DNA of 42,347 nt from Sandaracinaceae bacterium (GTDB taxonomy: Bacteria > Myxococcota_A > Polyangia > Polyangiales > Houyiibacteriaceae): contig JAAZAH010000248.1 of NCBI GenBank assembly GCA_012514415.1, positions 1 through 42,347 of the forward strand, given 5' to 3'. Positions 17,343 through 24,131 of the stretch are shown piece by piece. A program made the translations under genes and the position numbers. Within the stretch, counting starts at the first letter, position 1, and every line of letters starts with the position of its first letter. The notes under the pieces were generated by a model. That model was not told the DNA's origin. It saw only the letters and a list, made by a program, of their open reading frames with translations, and did no database searches.

Positions 17343-18356
17343 ATGTCAAAATCTTACCGAGTCGCAGTCGTTGGCGTCACGGGGGCCGTCGGAGAGCTCA
17401 TCCTCCGAGTCCTTGAAGAGCGTCAATTCCCCGTCCGAGAGCTCGTCCCGGTCGCCTCCGCCCGGAGCGCCGGAAAGACGCTCACCTTCCAAGGCGCGAC
17501 TCACACTGTGAAAGCCCTCGCGCCCGAAGTTTTCGACGGCGTGGATCTCGCCTTCTTTGCCGCCGGGGGCTCCATATCACGCGAGTACGCTCCGATCGCC
17601 GCGGAAAAAGGCGCACTCGTCATCGACAACAGCTCAGCGTTCCGCCTCGATCCCGACTGCCCTCTCTGCGTCCCCGAGGTGAACCTCGAAGCCGCGCGCA
17701 ACCCCAAAAAGGGCATCATCGCGAACCCGAACTGCTCGACCACGCAGATGGTCGTCGCGCTCAAACCAATTTACGAGCTCGGCGGTGGCATCAAGCGTGT
17801 CGTCGTCTCGACCTACCAAGCGATCAGCGGAGCCGGCGCTCAGGCGATCGAAGCCTTCAAGCAGCAAAGCCTCGATGTCGCCAAGGGCGAGGCTCCAAGC
17901 GGCACCGAAAAGCTCAAGGGTCAGCTCGCGCAAAACCTCCTCATGCATTGGACGCCCGATGAAGCGAGTGGCTACCAAGAAGAGGAGCTGAAGATGGTCC
18001 ACGAGACCAAAAAGATCTTCGGCGACGACTCGATTCGCGTCACGCCCAATGCCGTGCGCGTCCCTGTCCTCTCGGGGCATTCGGAATTTCTCGCGGTCGA
18101 GACGAATCAGCCGCTTGATCCAGCGGCCGTGCGGGAAGCGCTCGCTTCGATGGAGGGCGTCGTCGTGATGGATGCTTTCGCAAACGGCGTCTACCCGAAG
18201 CCGCTCGATGTCGTCGGACGAGACGAGGTCTTCGTCGGCCGCATCCGCGAGGATGTCGGCAATCCCGGAGGCATCACGCTATGGGTCGTCGCGGACAATC
18301 TGCGAAAGGGCGCGGCGACGAACGCGGTGCAGATCGCCCAGGGGCTCCTTCTCTAA
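17343..18356 (+). CDS. asd: aspartate-semialdehyde dehydrogenase
   Basis: The N-terminus MSKSYRVAVVGVTGAVGE is a Rossmann motif. The catalytic Cys motif IANPNCSTTQMV and the segment VRVPVLSGHSE are present. ATG 17331 is an in-frame alternative. The track start at 16671 is antisense to the TolC gene and is rejected. Confidence 0.92.
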   Translation: MSKSYRVAVVGVTGAVGELILRVLEERQFPVRELVPVASARSAGKTLTFQGATHTVKALAPEVFDGVDLAFFAAGGSISREYAPIAAEKGALVIDNSSAFRLDPDCPLCVPEVNLEAARNPKKGIIANPNCSTTQMVVALKPIYELGGGIKRVVVSTYQAISGAGAQAIEAFKQQSLDVAKGEAPSGTEKLKGQLAQNLLMHWTPDEASGYQEEELKMVHETKKIFGDDSIRVTPNAVRVPVLSGHSEFLAVETNQPLDPAAVREALASMEGVVVMDAFANGVYPKPLDVVGRDEVFVGRIREDVGNPGGITLWVVADNLRKGAATNAVQIAQGLLL

Positions 18357-18378
18357 GCGCGCTTCGTCTGAAGCGCGC
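18357..18378 (+). terminator. stem-loop immediately after the asd stop
   Basis: GCGCGCTTC, loop GTCT, GAAGCGCGC form a 9-bp perfect stem starting 1 nt after TAA 18354..18356. There is no U-tract, which is common in GC-rich genomes. Confidence 0.5.
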
Positions 18379-18662
18379 CTCTGCGCCATAGGGCCGCGAT
18401 CATGCCCGCTTGCGCCAGGCTCGGGCATGCGCTCCGCTCACCGATGGCCTCCATGCTTCAGCTGGCGCAAGCGACGAATTGTCATCACGAGCTGCCCGCT
18501 CGTGCCCTCGGCTGACAAGCTGTCAATGTTCGCTCCCGGACCAGGCCAAATCTTTTGGGAAAATGCGAAATCGCTCGTGGCTTAAATTTTGCTTATCTTA
18601 TACGAGTGGATAAGGGATCGCTCCACATCCGGAACCGGACCAAGCTTCATCCCGAAAGATCG

Positions 18663-19760
18663 ATGATTCGCTTCCTCGCACTTATCTTCGCCGTTCAACT
18701 CGGGGGCGTGCTCTTTGGCGCCGCCGCGCCATTTTCCGCCTCTGCACAAGAGTTCAATATCGCCGTGACCGAGCTGTCCGGACCCATCGGCACCCGCACG
18801 ACGATCGACGAGATCAATCGCGGCGTGAACCTGCTCGATTGTGAGTCGGATAGCTCGTACCTTCAGTTCGGTCTTCTCTCGGGCGGAAGCACGGCGGTGG
18901 CTTCGATCGATGTCTGGCTTGGAATCGGCAGCGAGACGTGCGTCACCGCCGCATCGAGAACGCCGCCCTCCGAGGTCTGTCGGCATCTCGGACATGTCCA
19001 GGTGGGGACTTCGCTCGGGCAGATCGACGATCCACCTCCAAACGCCATCCGCATTCCGATGAGCGAATTCCGCGACGCGGGCGAGTTCTGCGAGTTTGGC
19101 AACGCGCCGACGACGGTGAATTTTCTCCTCGTCTCCGGTCATCAGACGTACCGAGGTGAAACGAGCGCGCTCGATCCCAGTGAGTGGAAGACCATCCCGG
19201 TGCGTGTCGACGCGGGGCCTCCCAATAGTCCGCGCGTAAGTGCAACCGACGTGTCGGGCAACCGAGACATCCGCCTCTCGTGGGAGCGCGTCACGGCGGG
19301 CAGTGAAGACATCCGCTATCGAGTCTATGTGATCGCCGATGGGTGTGAGGGCAGCGAGAGTGGACCGCTCGTCCCGGGAGACCGGCCTCCCCTTGAGCTC
19401 GACGGGTTTTATATGTTCGATGTCGGCCCCGCGGTCTCCTACTCGATCGACGGGGAGGACATTGGACTCGAGGTCGGCGAGAGCGCCTCGGCATTTATCA
19501 CCTCGCGCGATGTGGCGCTCAACGAGAGCGATCTCAGCGAACGAATCTGCGTGCATCGCATCGCGACGGCCGGGTTCTGCGATGCCTGGGCGGCGGCGGA
19601 AGGCGAAGAATGCCCCACGGCCTGCTCCGCGGTGGGCGCGAGCCCGCGTTCTGTGCTTTGGACCGCGCTCGCACTCACGCTCCTCGGCTTCGTGATGCAC
19701 GCTCGCAGGAGATTCGCTCAGCGATACGCTCAGCGATACGCTCGGAGACTCGCTCGATGA
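18663..19760 (+). CDS. secreted protein with an FN3-like segment and a MYXO-CTERM-like C-terminal sorting tail
   Basis: ATG 18663 gives the signal peptide MIRFLALIFAVQLGGVLFGAAAPFSASAQE. An FN3-like stretch is present (PPNSPRVSATDVSGNRDIRLSWERVTAGSEDIRYRVYVIA). The C-terminus reads CPTACSAVGASPRSVLWTALALTLLGFVMHARRRF: Cys, then a hydrophobic helix, then an Arg cluster. Confidence 0.7.
   Translation: MIRFLALIFAVQLGGVLFGAAAPFSASAQEFNIAVTELSGPIGTRTTIDEINRGVNLLDCESDSSYLQFGLLSGGSTAVASIDVWLGIGSETCVTAASRTPPSEVCRHLGHVQVGTSLGQIDDPPPNAIRIPMSEFRDAGEFCEFGNAPTTVNFLLVSGHQTYRGETSALDPSEWKTIPVRVDAGPPNSPRVSATDVSGNRDIRLSWERVTAGSEDIRYRVYVIADGCEGSESGPLVPGDRPPLELDGFYMFDVGPAVSYSIDGEDIGLEVGESASAFITSRDVALNESDLSERICVHRIATAGFCDAWAAAEGEECPTACSAVGASPRSVLWTALALTLLGFVMHARRRFAQRYAQRYARRLAR
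19715..19743 (+). repeat. tandem 12-bp repeat (about 2.4 copies) inside the C-terminal tail coding region
   Basis: CGCTCAGCGATA occurs at 19715..19726 and again at 19727..19738, followed by a partial CGCTC. It encodes AQRYAQRYAR. Confidence 0.8.
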
Positions 19761-20479
19761 GACACCTCGTTCTTAGCCTCCTCATCGCCTCCTTCTTGGT
19801 CGCGCTCGTCGCCGCTCCCGAACGCGCCGAAGCCCAATACTCCGATGAATTCGATGGCTACTATCCGAGCCGAGAGATCTTCTCGGCTGGCATCGGCCTC
19901 GGAATGTACGTCCCCAATGTAGGCAACGATTCCTTTCGTGAGGTCTTCGGAAAGGATCGCGGCCCATACCTTACGGGCGATCTCGATTTTCGTATCCTGC
20001 GGCTTAAGGACTTCGGCGTACTTACGCTCGGTGTCCATATGGGCTGGGCGCGCTACGGCGCGGACGCATGCGGCATCGACGAAACCGGCGCAGCCGACTG
20101 CTCCAATACGGTCGAAGAGGAAACGGTCCTCCGCATCTTTCCCCTCTCCGCCCTCGCCGGACTCACCTTCGATATGCTCGCTCGGAAATGGCGCGTTCCC
20201 TTTTACGTCACAGGGCGCGTCGGCCTCGATAGTGTTTTTTATAGCGCGAAGACGGGTGGCATCCGCGATGCGGCAGGTGCCTCGCTCGGGCTTCGGTGGG
20301 AGGCAGAGCTCGCCCTCGAGCTCGATTTTCTCGATCGACGCGCTCAACGCTCGCTCGACGATGAGTGGGGCATCAATCATAGCTACCTCTTTGCCAAGAT
20401 CTTCGGTTCAACGGCCTCAACGCTCTTGGCCGTCGGGACAAAGATCGCTTGGGTCGCGGGCCTTGGTTTGGTCTTCTGA
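19757..20479 (+). CDS. putative outer-membrane beta-barrel protein
   Basis: ATG 19757 overlaps the upstream stop (ATGA). The signal peptide is MRHLVLSLLIASFLVALVAAPERAEAQ. Alternating hydrophobic strand patterns are visible, and the C-terminus ...IAWVAGLGLVF ends in the Phe typical of OMPs. Confidence 0.68.
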   Translation: MRHLVLSLLIASFLVALVAAPERAEAQYSDEFDGYYPSREIFSAGIGLGMYVPNVGNDSFREVFGKDRGPYLTGDLDFRILRLKDFGVLTLGVHMGWARYGADACGIDETGAADCSNTVEEETVLRIFPLSALAGLTFDMLARKWRVPFYVTGRVGLDSVFYSAKTGGIRDAAGASLGLRWEAELALELDFLDRRAQRSLDDEWGINHSYLFAKIFGSTASTLLAVGTKIAWVAGLGLVF

Positions 20480-20506
20480 CGATCTTGGCTCAGACTGAAG
20501 CGTCGA

Positions 20507-21433
20507 TTGACGAGTAAGAAGCGAGAGAAGCGGCCACCGCGGTACGGAGTGCTCCTCACCATCGCTTACGATGGAACGGATTTTCGCGGCTACCAAAGGC
20601 AGACGCCGGATCTTCGAACGGTGCAAGCGGTCGTCGAGGAAGCGCTCCAAGATTTTGATCCCACGGCTTCGGCGCTCCGAGCGGCGAGCCGGACCGACGC
20701 GGGTGTGCACGCCCTCGCCCAAAAGGCAGCGTTCACGACCGAGCGCGCCATTCCTCCAATCGCCTATTTGAAGGAGCTCGAGCGGCGGCTCCCGCCTGAT
20801 GTCGCGATCCGCGAGGCGGAGAGCTGCGTTCCGAACTACGCCCCGCGTTTCGATGCGCGCTATAAGATCTATCATTACCGCGTGCGCGTGGGCCCGACGC
20901 GTGATCCGCTCCGCGATCGCTACCACTATCACCTGCATGGAGCGCACTTTCGGCCTGGCGCCCGTTCGGATGAATGTGCGATCGCTGCCGCGCTGAACCT
21001 CGAAGCGCTTGAAGAGGCGGCGCGTCTTTTCGTCGGCCGCCATGATTTTCGCGCGTTCCGCGATACAGGCGATCGCCGTGAGAATACGATCCGCGAGATG
21101 AGCCGCGTCGCGATTCAAACGGACCGCGAATATCCCGATGCGTTACGAATCATCGTTGAGGGGGACGCATTCATGAAGCAGATGGTTCGCATCATGGTCG
21201 GCACGCTCCTCGAAGTCGCGAGGGAGAAGCACCCGCCCTCGTGGATCTCAGAGCTTCTCTGCGCCGACGCGACGCGCTCGGATGCCGGTCCAACAGCGCC
21301 TCCCGAGGGATTGTTCCTCGCGCATACGGAGCTTGGCCGGCAGGCGCATGAGAAGGCCGAAAAGGAGAGCAGGGCGGAGGAGGAGCCGGTGCGAGCGCCC
21401 GAGGATGGACAGCAAAGCGAGGCCGACGCTTGA
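20507..21433 (+). CDS. truA: tRNA pseudouridine(38-40) synthase
   Basis: The sequence shows YGVLLTIAYDGTDFRGYQRQ and the catalytic-Asp motif SRTDAGVHALAQ. The start is uncertain: TTG 20507 as listed, or GTG about 20549. The C-terminus carries an acidic tail. Confidence 0.86.
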   Translation: MTSKKREKRPPRYGVLLTIAYDGTDFRGYQRQTPDLRTVQAVVEEALQDFDPTASALRAASRTDAGVHALAQKAAFTTERAIPPIAYLKELERRLPPDVAIREAESCVPNYAPRFDARYKIYHYRVRVGPTRDPLRDRYHYHLHGAHFRPGARSDECAIAAALNLEALEEAARLFVGRHDFRAFRDTGDRRENTIREMSRVAIQTDREYPDALRIIVEGDAFMKQMVRIMVGTLLEVAREKHPPSWISELLCADATRSDAGPTAPPEGLFLAHTELGRQAHEKAEKESRAEEEPVRAPEDGQQSEADA

Positions 21434-22623
21434 AGCGCCTGCGGTCTCTTCTTCGATGTGTCTTTCTAGGCTTGATGGCGAGCCTCGGCGTACCCGATGG
21501 AGCATCCGGAAACGGACAAGAGCACGGCGAGCACGAGCCGAGCGTCGCGCGCAATGAAACGCCCGTCGATGTACCCGCCGCTTGGCGAGACGCCGAAACA
21601 AGGCTCGAGCTTCCCCCTCCCCTCCCCAACTACCAGGAATCGATCGAAGGCCCCATCCGCTGGCTTTATCCGAGCCACGCGCTCAAAAAAGAGAGCGCCG
21701 CCCTTCGCTCTGCGCTCCCCCGCGCTTGGCGCGTGGTTGCAAGCGATCTGGGACTTGATGCGCTGCCTCCGCTTCATATTCGCCTCGCCCTCAATCCGGA
21801 GCATCTAAGGCAGCTGTCGCCGAGGCGGGCTCGCGCCCCCGAGTTCGCCGTCGGTGTCGCGTATCCGCGCGCCGGGATCATCCTCGTAAGCCTCAGCGCG
21901 GAGGCGCCCGCGACAAACCTCGATCCCGAGAAGGTGCTGATCCACGAGCTCAGCCATGTTGCGCTCCGCATTGCCGTCGATGGACGTCCGCTCCCGCGTT
22001 GGTTCGTGGAGGGCCTCGCCATCCATCACGCCGAAGAAAACCATCTCCGCCGCATCACGACACTCTTTGCAGCGGCCGCACGGGGCGAACCGCTCGATCT
22101 CGACTCCATCAATCGGGGATTCAGCGCGCGCTCACACCAAGTCAACGAGGCATACGCGGCGAGCGCCGATCTTGTGCGCTATCTAAGAGCTCAGGCGGCC
22201 GATGAGGAAGTCTTCACGGCGCTTCTCGCCCATCTCCGAGAAGGTCACGACTTCGAAACAGCGCTCCGCATGAGCTATGGCTTCGATCTCGAGACGCTCG
22301 AGCGCGCGTGGCTCACCGATTTGAGGCGTCGCTTTCCGCGGATCTCACTCGAAGGCGTGTCGATGCTGGGCTTTTCGCTCGCCACACTCCTCGCAATCGC
22401 AGCGGGATGGAAGCGCATTCGCCGAAAGAAGAAAAGGCTGCGGGAGATGGCGGCTGAAGAGAGGCTCGAAGAGGAGCGTCGGAGGGCGCTCGACCTCGAA
22501 GCCCAACTCGACTTCGAAAAGAAGCGTCTCGAAGCGGCGCTCAAGCTCGCTCTAAAAGAGGAGCCCGCCGACAGTCCCGTCCCTCGCACCATGCCACCCG
22601 GAGAAGAGAGCCAAGGAGACTAA
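21430..22623 (+). CDS. peptidase MA-like zinc metalloprotease with a C-terminal TM helix and charged coiled-coil tail
   Basis: TTG 21430 overlaps the truA stop (TTGA). A signal-like N-terminus is present. The gluzincin signature is LIHELSHVAL...PRWFVEGLAIH (HExxH plus EGxA about 19 aa later). The TM helix is MLGFSLATLLAIAAGW, followed by KKKRLREMAAEERLEEERRRALDLEAQ. Confidence 0.72.
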   Translation: MKRLRSLLRCVFLGLMASLGVPDGASGNGQEHGEHEPSVARNETPVDVPAAWRDAETRLELPPPLPNYQESIEGPIRWLYPSHALKKESAALRSALPRAWRVVASDLGLDALPPLHIRLALNPEHLRQLSPRRARAPEFAVGVAYPRAGIILVSLSAEAPATNLDPEKVLIHELSHVALRIAVDGRPLPRWFVEGLAIHHAEENHLRRITTLFAAAARGEPLDLDSINRGFSARSHQVNEAYAASADLVRYLRAQAADEEVFTALLAHLREGHDFETALRMSYGFDLETLERAWLTDLRRRFPRISLEGVSMLGFSLATLLAIAAGWKRIRRKKKRLREMAAEERLEEERRRALDLEAQLDFEKKRLEAALKLALKEEPADSPVPRTMPPGEESQGD

Positions 22624-22717
22624 CGCTCCATGAAGGGCACTCGGCGCTCGGAGCCTGAGCGAAACCGCGGCGGCAAGGATCCGGCGGACGCTCGCCGCTA
22701 AAGCGGACGGAACGCGA

Positions 22718-22753
22718 AGAGGGCCCGCGCATTTCTAAGCGATGGGGCCCTCT
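22718..22753. terminator. inverted repeat between convergent genes (candidate bidirectional terminator)
   Basis: AGAGGGCCC (22718..22726) and GGGCCCTCT (22745..22753) form a perfect 9-bp pairing with an 18-nt loop. A second hairpin, GTTGAGC/GCTCAAC, lies at about 22761..22779. There are no clear U-tracts. Confidence 0.4.
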
Positions 22754-22789
22754 CCGATCGTTGAGCTCTTCGCTCAACCGCGATGGCGG

Positions 22790-22912
22790 TCAGTCTTCAT
22801 GAACCGGGAATGCGGGCGTCGTGCCCTTCTTCTGGAGTTCCTTCTTGCGCTCTTTACCGGCCTTCTTCTTGCGGATGGCGCGGCGGACTCGGGTCTTGCT
22901 CGTAAGGGACAT
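22790..22912 (-). CDS. small, highly basic 40-aa protein (absent from the supplied ORF track, below its size cutoff)
   Basis: My hand translation of the minus strand gives MSLTSKTRVRRAIRKKKAGKERKKELQKKGTTPAFPVHED, then stop. Most third positions are G/C, matching genome bias. The two hairpins above follow it. There is no strong SD (GAGAAGAA only). Confidence 0.4.
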   Translation of the reverse strand: MSLTSKTRVRRAIRKKKAGKERKKELQKKGTTPAFPVHED

Positions 22913-23207
22913 GGTTCTTCTCGCTTTGAGGTGATCTTGGGGAAGCGCTCAGCAGCTCCCGCCCGAAACGTTCGGATTATCTCGGGCGTCGCCCGGAAGG
23001 GCCCGATAAGGAGCGTGAGCCGGGCGGCGCAAATTTTCGGCCCGCGGCCGAGCTGAGATACCGAAGAGTGCTTTTAATCCGTGAATCGGGGCGCGTCAAT
23101 CGGAGACTCGGCCATCGCGCGGTACAAACCCAAGCCTCGAAGCCGTGTTCACTGAAAAAATCGCCCACCGCGCGGGGAGTTGAGGCATATTCTTTGGAAC
23201 TTCCGCT

Positions 23208-24101
23208 ATGATCATGCGCGTGAACGCATGGATCGCCATCGACGGTGAAATCGTCCCAGCGGAAAAAGCAACGATCTCGGTTTTCGATCGCGGATTTCTT
23301 TATGGAGATAGCGTCTTCGAGGTCTACCGCAGCTACGGGGGGGTTCGTTTTCTCGAGGAGGCTCATCTTAGACGGCTCGCGCGCTCCGCACGCATCATCG
23401 GCATCGAGCTTCCTGTGGATCTCGACACCCTCGCCCGCGAGATGGCCTCGCTCCATGCTGCATCGGGCCTTGGAGACGCCTACCTTCGGGTTCTCATCAC
23501 ACGAGGCGAAGGGCCGCTTGGGCTCGATCCACATTCGGCGCACTCCCCAAAACGGGTGGCCTTCGCCGCACCTTTGCGTACGCCCCCCAAGGAGCTCTAT
23601 GAACGTGGCGCGGAACTGGTGACCCTGAGCGGCGCCTTCCTAAGCGGAGCGCGACGGGCCGCGGGCGCCAAGGCCTCGAACTATCTCGAAAATATCCTCG
23701 CGCAACGGAGCGCGAGCGAGATGGGCGCGCATGAAGCCCTCTTCGTCGATGAATCGGGTGCGCTCCTCGAAGGGGCGACCAGCAATTTCTTCGTCGTTTG
23801 CGACGGCTCGCTCCACACGCCCCCGCTTGAAAGTGGCATTCTTCCTGGAATCACACGCGCGTTCGTTCTCGAGCTCGCCGCTTCAATCGGGCTTTCCGTC
23901 CACGAAGGCCGCGTCGATGGCGCCCTGCTCGGAGCAGCCTCCGAAGCTTTCATCACCAGCAGCATCCGCGAGATCCTTCCCGTAAGAGCGATCGATTCCG
24001 CGAAGATCGGAGGTGGTGCTCCTGGTCCCATCACGCGGAGACTCCACGCGCTTTATCGCGAACGCATCGAGGAAGCCCGCGCGCCTCTCTCTCCAAAATG
24101 A
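23208..24101 (+). CDS. class IV (fold type IV) PLP aminotransferase: branched-chain/D-amino-acid aminotransferase or aminodeoxychorismate lyase
   Basis: The N-terminus WIAIDGEIVPAEKATISVFDRGFLYGDSVFEV is characteristic. The lysine region is GAKASNYLENILA, and later motifs are EGATSNFFVV and GILPGITR. The subfamily cannot be assigned by eye. Confidence 0.85.
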   Translation: MIMRVNAWIAIDGEIVPAEKATISVFDRGFLYGDSVFEVYRSYGGVRFLEEAHLRRLARSARIIGIELPVDLDTLAREMASLHAASGLGDAYLRVLITRGEGPLGLDPHSAHSPKRVAFAAPLRTPPKELYERGAELVTLSGAFLSGARRAAGAKASNYLENILAQRSASEMGAHEALFVDESGALLEGATSNFFVVCDGSLHTPPLESGILPGITRAFVLELAASIGLSVHEGRVDGALLGAASEAFITSSIREILPVRAIDSAKIGGGAPGPITRRLHALYRERIEEARAPLSPK

Positions 24102-24131
24102 CGCTGCGAGCGAGAGGCGCACAGGCTGTTT

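Noticed and set aside
22985-23030. A possible SRP (4.5S) RNA, suggested by a CCC-GGAA-GGG tetraloop hairpin.
   Set aside because: The flanking conserved helix-8 elements (the GGAAGCAGC-type asymmetric/symmetric loops) are absent on either strand. This is more likely just one stem of a local leader structure.
22742-23543. ORFs 22742..23056 (plus strand) and 22977..23543 (minus strand).
   Set aside because: The first is antisense to the small basic ORF and its leader and has a junk-like sequence. The second is antisense to the class IV aminotransferase.
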